Shown here one piece after another: positions 37,715 through 46,315 of a stretch of DNA of 64,000 bases; position 1 is the first letter of the stretch, and each line of letters begins with the position of its first letter. This DNA is from Nitrospirales bacterium (GTDB lineage Bacteria; Nitrospirota; Nitrospiria; Nitrospirales; UBA8639), in contig BQIW01000005.1 of the NCBI GenBank assembly GCA_021604105.1, positions 12,621 to 76,620 on the forward strand, given 5' to 3'. Below the pieces are notes generated by a model. That model ran no database searches and was not told the DNA's origin. It saw nothing but the letters and a program-made list of their open reading frames with translations. The translations under genes and the position numbers were made by a program.

Positions 37715-37975
37715 TATTCTATCGCGTACCTCAGTCACACAGTGAATGATGCAGGCGATCCGACAAACCCGTTCTACGATCAAGGTCAAAACCAGCACAG
37801 ATACCACCCTCCTCAGACATTCGAGGAGAAGTTCATTCTCTTCTTGACCTCCCTTGAACAATACGCTTATATCAGGGGGATACGCTGTTCCTCAAGTTCC
37901 TGTGATTTTATTTGGGGAATGTGCAAGAATCCGGAATGGATGGATAAGATTGCTCTTGCCAGAAAGCGTCACCGC

Positions 37976-38347
37976 ATGAAACGCACCGTCACTCGAGGTG
38001 AAATGGAATCGGCGATCCGGAATGCCATCATTAAATTTGAACAGGAATTCATGGGTCGCGGCCCCACCGATGTTCGGGCCAGCATTCTACGCGATACCAT
38101 CCTCATTCGGCTCAGAGGCGTTCTTACGCCAGCCGAACGCCAGCTGGCTAAGAGTGAAGAAGGCATTGGAATGGTCAAACAGATGCGCCAAAATCTCATC
38201 TCCCAAGGAAGAGAGCAACTGTGTCGTGAAATGCTGGAGATCACCGGTGCAAAAACAACTGCCCTGTTTACGGATATCGATACCCGGATCGAAGAACGCA
38301 TCATCGTCCTGACTTTAGATCGTGATTTGGAAGCGACATTCCGGTAA
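37976..38347 (+). CDS. DUF2294 protein (MpsC-like)
   Basis: A 123-aa version from the ATG at 37976. RGEMESAIRNAIIKFEQEFMGRGPTDVRASILRDTILIRLRGVLTPAERQLA matches the DUF2294 pattern as I recall it. The track ORF (37709, TTG) is probably an extension. Confidence 0.65.
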   Translation: MKRTVTRGEMESAIRNAIIKFEQEFMGRGPTDVRASILRDTILIRLRGVLTPAERQLAKSEEGIGMVKQMRQNLISQGREQLCREMLEITGAKTTALFTDIDTRIEERIIVLTLDRDLEATFR

Positions 38348-38437
38348 ACAGCCATGTAAATAGCTGGGGCGTTTACACCGTTTGCGAATTCTCATGCACT
38401 GGCTTTCAATTTTCCTTGTTCTCTATTTCCTGGCTTT

Positions 38438-39166
38438 TTGAATGGACAGAAAAATTTAAGCCTTGACTTCCCAGAGATTTGCCTTATCTTTGAAAGTATG
38501 AAAGAACAACGTGTTTTAACCCATGATGAAAAAAAAGCTTCTGAGGCGGCCTTTCGAGGATTGCCGATGAATGATTCGTGGACGGATTCCGCTAAAGCCG
38601 TCTATGTGGGTCTTCTTCAAGCATTAGGGAAGACTCCTTTGAACGATCCTATTCATTCAGAAAGTGAACACACCCAGTCTCCGGAAAGATCGGATCTTTT
38701 GCCTTCAGATCTCTCTGAAGCGTCCCAATCGACTCTTTCACTCAGTTCAGGGGATATCCCTGCTGAATTTGAATCACTCCCGATCCGATCCCGAAAGGAA
38801 GCCATTGAGTCCGGGATCCTCAAGGATGTCACTTCAACTGCCCAAAGCGTAGGCTTGGACTTCTGTGTGGGCATGACCAACCCCCTTTGGGATCAATTCA
38901 TCACGTCTTCACCGGATTTTACAGAAGAACGTATTCAAACCCGCTTGCGCGATACACTGGTTGCGGTACGCCTCCGATTAGCCAGCCTGAAAACACCAAC
39001 GGCACTGGTCGATGTTCCCGTATTATTGCAGTTCCCCCCGGAACCGACTCCGCAGCTCTGCTTAACCTTCGCACTATTTCACAAGGATCCGGTTGATGGC
39101 GATTGCCTGCTTTTGATTCATCCAGGCGAGGTCTTCGCCACCCGTCAAGCATTTGAGAATAATTAA
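38438..39166 (+). CDS. hypothetical soluble protein (start uncertain; ATG at 38498 is an alternative)
   Basis: 242-aa ORF with a Ser/Glu-rich middle. I recognise no family. Confidence 0.4.
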   Translation: MNGQKNLSLDFPEICLIFESMKEQRVLTHDEKKASEAAFRGLPMNDSWTDSAKAVYVGLLQALGKTPLNDPIHSESEHTQSPERSDLLPSDLSEASQSTLSLSSGDIPAEFESLPIRSRKEAIESGILKDVTSTAQSVGLDFCVGMTNPLWDQFITSSPDFTEERIQTRLRDTLVAVRLRLASLKTPTALVDVPVLLQFPPEPTPQLCLTFALFHKDPVDGDCLLLIHPGEVFATRQAFENN

Positions 39167-39438
39167 CTCACTCACCTGTGCCACACCTCAGGGCATTTTT
39201 GTCGGCGAGCAAAGTCTTCTCCCGATCCCCCCATACCGCTTGTGATTGTTCCCCGCTAATATTGCTCAAAATAGACCCTCAACATTGTTTTGGAACGCAT
39301 ACCAAGGAGTGGTGAGGCGAAAAGCAAGGGAATGAGAAGCATGGAAATTGAAAACCATGTGGTTTGTTCCTCCTTCTTGTTCCACCACACAAAAATGAAA
39401 CCGCCAATGGGAGACATTTTCCATTGCAAGAGAGGGTT

Positions 39439-39469
39439 CACGCCCGTGAGCTTAGGGCTCACGGGCGTG
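39439..39469. other. perfect 13-bp-stem hairpin downstream of two convergent genes
   Basis: CACGCCCGTGAGC-ttagg-GCTCACGGGCGTG, with no U-tract on either strand. Confidence 0.5.
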
Positions 39470-39504
39470 ATTCCATGAAGCAGATAAGAGCGAAGGAAAA
39501 CCCC

Positions 39505-41118
39505 TTATTCCAAATCTCTGGGATTGTTGAATAATGAAGGCAAGGCAATATTCCCATGGCCGTACTGGGGGAAATTCGGGGCCTGAGAATCTCCAGGATT
39601 CAAGTTGGAAGCCGTATCGTCCGGCGGAAACAAGACCAGGGTCTGTAAAAAATCGATAATCTGCCCCTGCTGCTCCTCTGATAACCTAGCAAAGCGATCT
39701 CGGGAATTTTTCGCCTCTCCTCCATGTCGCATAATGACAGACCATAGATCGATACTCCGCCCGTCATGCCCGTAAGGAGCCGTCGTACCCACTCCCCATA
39801 GCGGTTCGGTCATAAACTCCTTAGTCAAAGAACCATCAAAATTGCGTTCCCAATAGGTGGAACCTAAGTCATGACGTTTGAAATCCGCATAGATATTCTT
39901 GACGACAAACCGCTTCCCATTGGGTTTCTTTACCGATGGCGAACCTGAACCGCGAACTTCTTGGAATTGGGGAGTCGCGATGGCGAACAGGTCGTTAAAT
40001 ATCCCTTTCTTTTCGTTATAGGAAGTTTCCACATCAGCCACCCGTCGATCTCTCTCAATGACCAAATTTTGGATATGACACCCCGTGCATTGAATGTCCT
40101 GAAAAAGTTTCTGCCCCCTTCGACTATCTCTCGTCTCGCGCCCAATAGCGGGTTTAAAATAATTCAACAAATAGAACTCGAGGTGGTCCACCAGACTCAC
40201 AGGAATTTCATTGGCGACCCCATCTCGATCCGGATCATCACTTTCACTGGTAGCCGGAGGCGCTTCGATGGTGTCGGTCTTTCCATCCAACACCATTCCC
40301 GATGGCGTCACCACTTCCTCACCGCCAACCGCTTTGGCAAGATCGGGATCAAAGGCTTCAAGTCCCATCTCTGCATTCAATGCTCCTACCACAAATTCCC
40401 TGATGGATATGGTACCACCATGGTGAAAAAATGGCCGTACCCGTAGATCCGAATCGACGCCTTCTAATCGTGATGGGTCCGCCGATCCGTCAGGATTCAC
40501 CCTAATTCTTCCATAAGAAATACCTTTGCTCTTTAACGACACCTCCACCGATCGCCCTCTTTGCTTAGCTTGGACAATGGCCCGATCCCGGGCTTGCCGT
40601 AGATCTTGAGTAATTTCATCCGCAAGCATCTCAATAATCCCTAATCCAAACAAATGCGGGGCATCTCGGCTATCTGGTCGGGTAAACACCTCTCCACCAA
40701 ACCCCGCAGCTCCACGTGGTCGCCCGTGGCAACCCGCACAACTATCGACAAGCCCGGCACCGATCGACCCCTCAGTCGCAATATCCCCATGACCATCCCC
40801 CGTCCGCGGACCAAAGCCCTGTTCGACAGTAAACTTTCGCTGGAAAAGACTCCGACCACGCCGAATGGACCGAAACGGGTCCCGATTAATAATATAGATC
40901 GAGGAATCGGGAGTGTTGATATCTCCCCGACCCGCCCCAATTTGCTGCTCTAACGTTTTCTGAATTCCCGCTTGTTCATTATTCGGGGTTTGCGTAATAT
41001 CCGTTTCCTGTGCCTGCGCTCCAGGTAAACATATTACAAACGACATCGTGCTCAGCACTATGAACAAAAAGAACATGGACAGACCACTTTTCACATACTC
41101 TCGCATAAGGAATCTCAC
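39505..41118 (-). CDS. DUF1111-family di-haem cytochrome c (peroxidase-like) protein
   Basis: Signal peptide, two CxxCH motifs (CAGCH, CTGCH) and a length of ~540 aa typical of DUF1111. Confidence 0.75.
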   Translation of the reverse strand: MRFLMREYVKSGLSMFFLFIVLSTMSFVICLPGAQAQETDITQTPNNEQAGIQKTLEQQIGAGRGDINTPDSSIYIINRDPFRSIRRGRSLFQRKFTVEQGFGPRTGDGHGDIATEGSIGAGLVDSCAGCHGRPRGAAGFGGEVFTRPDSRDAPHLFGLGIIEMLADEITQDLRQARDRAIVQAKQRGRSVEVSLKSKGISYGRIRVNPDGSADPSRLEGVDSDLRVRPFFHHGGTISIREFVVGALNAEMGLEAFDPDLAKAVGGEEVVTPSGMVLDGKTDTIEAPPATSESDDPDRDGVANEIPVSLVDHLEFYLLNYFKPAIGRETRDSRRGQKLFQDIQCTGCHIQNLVIERDRRVADVETSYNEKKGIFNDLFAIATPQFQEVRGSGSPSVKKPNGKRFVVKNIYADFKRHDLGSTYWERNFDGSLTKEFMTEPLWGVGTTAPYGHDGRSIDLWSVIMRHGGEAKNSRDRFARLSEEQQGQIIDFLQTLVLFPPDDTASNLNPGDSQAPNFPQYGHGNIALPSLFNNPRDLE

Positions 41119-41502
41119 TTTCCCGGGGGAACACAGTTGTAATCAATGAGGGGGAGTCAAACTTCTCTGACAACAGCAGTGGAAATTACTGAGGGGGAAC
41201 CAGACTTCTCTCCTAATTCGGAAACAATTTTCCCTTCATGAATGAATAAATTTAGACAAAAAAGACTTTGAGATTTACTTTTTGTACAAATACAAGCATC
41301 AGCAATTTCAATGCCAATACATACAGATTGGAAAAATTACAGGCATTTTTCCTTTTAGGCCGCATTGGACTTAAGATCATGAAATGTCATTCTGGGAAAT
41401 TCTGTATGGTTCACCCTTCGGTTTGCATTTGTCTGATTGAGAAACGTTCAATACATTTTTTGGTCACCGTAGTTTCATGGACCCCGCTTTGCCAGAACCA
41501 TT

Positions 41503-42327
41503 TTGAAAGAGGAGATGGCCTTGTCCGCTGAACACTCACCCCTTCAAGAACCGCCACCCAATCCTTTCGGAGGGAAAACGTTAATTGTGGACGCGGAGAG
41601 TCCAGGTTGCTTCACCCTACCCAGCGAAGCTCTCGCTCACGCGCAACAAGAAGATCAAATATTCATTCAACCGGGGGTTTATGAGGATCGGTTGGTAATA
41701 ACTAAACGAACCATCCATCTTGTCGGCGCCGGACGAGACCAGGTCACAATATTCAATCGGCGGAGCGGTCCTTGCTATCTTCAACGAGTTTCCGGCGGAC
41801 AGATCAGTGGTATCACGTTTCGGTATGTGGGCAGCGACCAACATTCCGCCCTGAATATTTTAGATTCGGTGTGCACCATATCTCACTGCAGGGCCACAGA
41901 AGGCCTTTTATCCGGAGTCGTTATTTATGGACCGGATTGCCGCCCGACCTTGCTCAACAACGAGATTTCTCATAATCGGGAATCCGGTATTTTTTCGTTT
42001 GCCGGAGCTCAACCGTATCTCCGCGAAAATACATGTTTTGGAAATCATCATTTTGGGATGGCCGCACGGGACGAGGGCACTCGACCCGATATGATTAAAA
42101 ACATCTGCCGGGAAAATATGCTAAGCGGCATTCTTCTCTTTCACCTCGCCAAGGCGCTTATTCTCGAGAATACTTGTGAAAAAAATGCCCATTGGGGAAT
42201 CGTGCTCACTCCGGATTGTGAACCCACACCAAAATCTGATGACCTCCCCCAGTCAAATCATTTGGCACATAACCCTCGCGGAGCCTATACCCTCACGACC
42301 GAACCTTTGGCTGATATTGGTCGCTAG
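41503..42327 (+). CDS. right-handed parallel beta-helix repeat protein
   Basis: Repeated ~22-aa units of the form I..N....N...GI (NNEISHNRESGIF, ENTCFGNHHFGM, KNICRENMLSGIL, ENTCEKNAHWGIV). The start is uncertain (TTG 41503 or ATG 41515). Confidence 0.6.
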   Translation: MKEEMALSAEHSPLQEPPPNPFGGKTLIVDAESPGCFTLPSEALAHAQQEDQIFIQPGVYEDRLVITKRTIHLVGAGRDQVTIFNRRSGPCYLQRVSGGQISGITFRYVGSDQHSALNILDSVCTISHCRATEGLLSGVVIYGPDCRPTLLNNEISHNRESGIFSFAGAQPYLRENTCFGNHHFGMAARDEGTRPDMIKNICRENMLSGILLFHLAKALILENTCEKNAHWGIVLTPDCEPTPKSDDLPQSNHLAHNPRGAYTLTTEPLADIGR

Positions 42328-42438
42328 CGATCAAATCGCCGCGCGGCTGATCATTCAACAAGACCATGCAGGATGCCGGGGAACGAGGGTCTATGATAAG
42401 GTGGGCAACGTTAACAGGACTTTCCAGGACGATTCGAG

Positions 42439-42879
42439 ATGAATGATCATTTGTGGCATCAACTGAACGCTGTGTTGGGTAGCCTCACCGTGACGGTGGG
42501 ACTCTGGCTATTAGTGGGAGCCTTACCGGTGCCTATGGGAATGGCTCTGGCCATCGGGCTGGCCATCCTGTTGGCCTGGAGAAGTCCGTCTATTGGATCG
42601 ATCTGGGCGACTTCCACATTCCTTTTAGGAGTGGAAAGTTTGGCGTGGCCCATCATGGAAATGGCCGACCTTCAAAAGCTGGGACCAGAACCTCCACTAG
42701 AAGAATTGGAACGGATTTTCACCGCCGTGTTGTTTGGCCTGTTTTCCGGCGTGTTCTGGATGACCTTTGCCTATGGCATTTTCAAACGCACTCGAGAGAA
42801 GAACACCCCGGCCTCCCCTTCAAGCACCCTTCCCAAAACAAAAAACCAGAAGAAACAGGCAAGAAGGCGATCAGGCTAA
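42439..42879 (+). CDS. small integral membrane protein with Lys/Arg-rich tail
   Basis: 146 aa with about four hydrophobic segments. I recognise no family. Confidence 0.45.
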   Translation: MNDHLWHQLNAVLGSLTVTVGLWLLVGALPVPMGMALAIGLAILLAWRSPSIGSIWATSTFLLGVESLAWPIMEMADLQKLGPEPPLEELERIFTAVLFGLFSGVFWMTFAYGIFKRTREKNTPASPSSTLPKTKNQKKQARRRSG

Positions 42880-43122
42880 TCACACGATGAGTCCAACCTG
42901 CTTCTATTGGGATTGTTGAATAATAAGGATGTTCAAGGAAAATTTGCGCAGGATGAGATTCCTCATCAAAGGCTCCGGGTCGTTTCAAAAAAGCATGCCC
43001 TGAGTCTTCCCGAAGGGTCCGTCCAGCAAAACCGCAGCCGTTTGTACGCGCGGAGCGTACGCTTCGTACGTGAGCACGGGAAAAGGGCGAGAACGCCGCT
43101 GGCGGCTTTTTTCAACCGACCC

Positions 43123-45432
43123 CTATTGAATGGCCATGGGGTCCACGTTAAATTCAACCACCACAGGACTTTTGGGAAACTCTACCTCATACTCCCGCTG
43201 AATTTGTTGAAGACCTCTCCGTGCTTCCGATAAGTCAGTCGTTTTTATCAAAAAAAGGACCCGATTTTTTTTGATCCGCCCTGGTTTCTTGGATGCCATC
43301 GGACCCAGAACCATTGGCGCTCCCATGACCCCTTTTCCTGCTGCACCAGAAAAACTTCTCCCTTCAAACTCTTTCAATCGTTGATGGAGAAAGTCCACGA
43401 TTTTTTGCACGCGTGGCGCCTGCTCCCCCGTCACAACCAACAAAATTACGTGGGTAGCCGGGGGATACCCTAAGAGGTCACGCAACTCAAGTTCCTGGTC
43501 ATAAAACATTCGGGGACACTGGTTCTCAATGGCTGTGAGGACATGATGATCAGGAATTCGGGTTTGGAGAATCACCTCCCCGGGATCCTTTCCATTCCTG
43601 GCCAATCTGAGAGCCTTCGACAACATCTGAAACGTTCGTTCAGCTGATCGGAATTCAGGAATATGGAGCCCAAGATCCGCTTCAGGAAATCCAATGACAG
43701 GAGCCGTAGGTGGTTCTGATTGATGAACTAAAAATTCCGTCCCGATCATGACCCCAATATCCCTTTGCCGGAATTGGCGTAACATCGCATCAGCCGCTTC
43801 GGGGGTTTTCACATTCTCCCGATCGAACCGGGCAACAAAGACCGCCGGGAAAAGACGGCTCACCTCTGCTTCCAGCCGCTGCGTGCCCGTGCCGGAAAAT
43901 CGGAACACCCTCCCCTGACATGTTGGGCAGGTTTCAGGTGTTGATTGAATCCTCTCACAGTAGGTGCACACCAAACGGGAAGGTCGCTGATAAAGTTTCA
44001 ATGAAACCCCACAGCTGGGACAGTTCGAAGCCTTGCCACAATCCCGACACACCAGCGCACCGGAAAACCCTTTACGATTGAGAAGTAGTATGACTTGCTC
44101 TCCCTCGTCCAATGACCGAGTCATCCTGGTGATTAAAACCGGGGACAGAATGGTCTCATACGGTAAGGTTCGTACATCCACCATTTTCACATGGGCAATC
44201 TGCTGTGATGGGCGTTCCAATGCCTCACCGACCTGGTCGGTAAAGCGTCCATAGAGTTCCAAGGAAGGAGACGCAGAACCATACACCACAAGAGCCTGAT
44301 CACATTCTCCTCGCATTCGCACGACTTCCCGAGCGTGAAAATACGGAAGATGCTCATCTTTGTAGGACGGATCCTCCTCTTGACTGATCCAAACCATCCC
44401 CAAATCAGGAATAGGCAGAAATACTGCGGATCGAGTCCCCACCACAACTTGCACATCGCCCTGTCGAATTCGTTCCCAACGAGCAGCACGAACCATTGTC
44501 GAGAGATGGCCATGATAGACCTCAACCTGAATATTGGAGAGGAGTCGTACCTGCTCGCCAATGATTTCAGTTTGCTGCACTTCTGGAAAAAGGATGAGGA
44601 CGCGACGGCCTTTATCCAGAATGGTCTCAATCATCTTGAACAACAGATCCTGTCGAACTGATTCCGATCCCACAACCGGCACCTCTTGAAAACCGCCGTT
44701 TTGGAGGGCAACCAACAAATGCTTCGCTAACCGGTTGTCTATGAACCCCGTTCGTTGAACGGATTCCGGGAAGTTCCTGGGTTCTTCAGGAGAATCAAAT
44801 AATCCTCGGGCAACTGAATGCACCGGATTTCGCCTACCCCTGCTTCCATGGACCGGACTCTGAACCTTGGATGCTGAAGGCAAAATCGTCTGTTCCATAA
44901 TCCAACCCTTCTTTTTCGCGCGGGTCAAAATATCTGAAACATTGCGCATCGTTCGCATAAGAGAGGATCGGAGCAATCCACTGGGAGCCCGTTCTAACTT
45001 GCGAAGCACCAACTGGATGTCAGATGCCAGCGAGCGATCCAATACGGCCTGTCGACCTTTTTCCGTTAGGGAGATTCGCCTCATCACTGAAATCGAATGT
45101 GGGGGAACAATCAACCGCAAGCATGCGGAAAGAGGAGCTAGATAATACTCTGAAATTTTTTGAAGTAGCCGAAGAAGGTTGTGTTCCAAAGGACGGCTTC
45201 CCACATCGGCCTCCAACGAAAGAATGGCACGCAACGGTTTTTGCCGGAACAGCGGTTGCGGGGAAGAGGAGACTTGTGCTTCAAAGAGGGTAACGACCAC
45301 TCCAGAGACGACGGTAGAACCTAAAGGTACCACCACGGGGCTTCCCACATGCAACAGGGGAAGCAGATGGGGAGGAACTTGGTAGGTAAAGATCTGAAAC
45401 CGTCTGGCCGGCAGAACAACGTCAGCAAGCAT
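43123..45432 (-). CDS. priA: primosomal protein N' (PriA) homolog with degenerate ATPase motifs
   Basis: 769 aa with a PriA-type 3'-BD/WH N-terminus and a Cys-rich region (CRDCG..CPSCG...CTYCE...CPTCQG). Positions equivalent to Walker A and Walker B read VVGSESVR and ISQEED. Confidence 0.8.
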   Translation of the reverse strand: MLADVVLPARRFQIFTYQVPPHLLPLLHVGSPVVVPLGSTVVSGVVVTLFEAQVSSSPQPLFRQKPLRAILSLEADVGSRPLEHNLLRLLQKISEYYLAPLSACLRLIVPPHSISVMRRISLTEKGRQAVLDRSLASDIQLVLRKLERAPSGLLRSSLMRTMRNVSDILTRAKKKGWIMEQTILPSASKVQSPVHGSRGRRNPVHSVARGLFDSPEEPRNFPESVQRTGFIDNRLAKHLLVALQNGGFQEVPVVGSESVRQDLLFKMIETILDKGRRVLILFPEVQQTEIIGEQVRLLSNIQVEVYHGHLSTMVRAARWERIRQGDVQVVVGTRSAVFLPIPDLGMVWISQEEDPSYKDEHLPYFHAREVVRMRGECDQALVVYGSASPSLELYGRFTDQVGEALERPSQQIAHVKMVDVRTLPYETILSPVLITRMTRSLDEGEQVILLLNRKGFSGALVCRDCGKASNCPSCGVSLKLYQRPSRLVCTYCERIQSTPETCPTCQGRVFRFSGTGTQRLEAEVSRLFPAVFVARFDRENVKTPEAADAMLRQFRQRDIGVMIGTEFLVHQSEPPTAPVIGFPEADLGLHIPEFRSAERTFQMLSKALRLARNGKDPGEVILQTRIPDHHVLTAIENQCPRMFYDQELELRDLLGYPPATHVILLVVTGEQAPRVQKIVDFLHQRLKEFEGRSFSGAAGKGVMGAPMVLGPMASKKPGRIKKNRVLFLIKTTDLSEARRGLQQIQREYEVEFPKSPVVVEFNVDPMAIQ

Positions 45433-45848
45433 GAGTGATTACAGTTTTCATAAGCACAGAATCTACCAGTGAATTGCTCTGCCTACAACGCCATTCAACC
45501 TCAACCCCCGAATCAACAAATATATTGCTATATAGTGGGGCGAGAGCAAGTAGGCACTGAGTCTATAAAAATTCCCGACCGTCTCGCCTGCTCATCCAGG
45601 TAGGCAAGGGGTAACATCTGGCTTAGAGGAATATCCGGTTGCCATGGTCCATCACTGAAATTTCAAGCATTCCTGTTTGATACGACACCTGGACGATTTC
45701 GACAAAAATAGAAAGGACAGAAACGACTGATTGAAATCCTATCCAAGCTGTTAGGCAAGAATTCGGTCGGTTTACATTTTTTTTTGCGCTAAAATGCACA
45801 GCTGGAAAGATACACTCAGAAGCCACACAATCGTAGGAGGAGAGAAGA

Positions 45849-45941
45849 ATGGGAGGCTTGGAAATTCTTGGAATCCTGGCTCTGTTGGTTGGAATCATTG
45901 GCTTCGTTGTTCTTCTAAAAAGTCGAAAAATTTCACAATAA
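45849..45941 (+). CDS. candidate 30-aa single-TM peptide
   Basis: AGGAGGAG lies 6-8 nt upstream of the ATG. It encodes MGGLEILGILALLVGIIGFVVLLKSRKISQ and is below the ORF-track size cut-off. Confidence 0.3.
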   Translation: MGGLEILGILALLVGIIGFVVLLKSRKISQ

Positions 45942-46315
45942 CGACCAAACAATTCTCTCTGTGAACACAATGCCATTTAATGGGGCTATTGAATAAAGCC
46001 GCCAGCGGCGTTCCCTGCCTTCGCCGGAGCGGCTTCGCGCAGGCAGGTCGTCATTTTTTCCGTGCTCATGTACGTGAAGTACGCGCTGCGCGCAAAACTG
46101 GCTGCGGCCTTGCTGGACGAACTTATTTGAACTGACCCGATACCTCTGATTTCCAACGTACCAGTTGGCCTGTGGGCCTATAGGCCCTTGGGAATTATTA
46201 TTATTCATACACCCCTAATGGTTTTGAAAAACCACCTCAAGGAGTCAACATGATCCCAGGAGACGAACATGCGAACACCTTCATTAGGGGTTATTCCAGG
46301 CAACAACAGGTAGGG

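Noticed and set aside
43095-43112. GCCGC-TG-GCGGC followed by T6 as a terminator next to the priA stop.
   Set aside because: The usable stem is only 4 bp around a 4-nt loop, and the T-run is on the plus strand, which is the wrong side for priA. It could serve the distant plus-strand membrane-protein gene, but support is weak.
45933-46208. 91-aa and 117-aa minus-strand ORFs (45933-46208 and 45623-45976) between priA and the activator gene.
   Set aside because: They have no SD, start with poly-Asn or low-complexity sequence, and overlap the better-supported small plus-strand ORF and its terminator-like hairpin.
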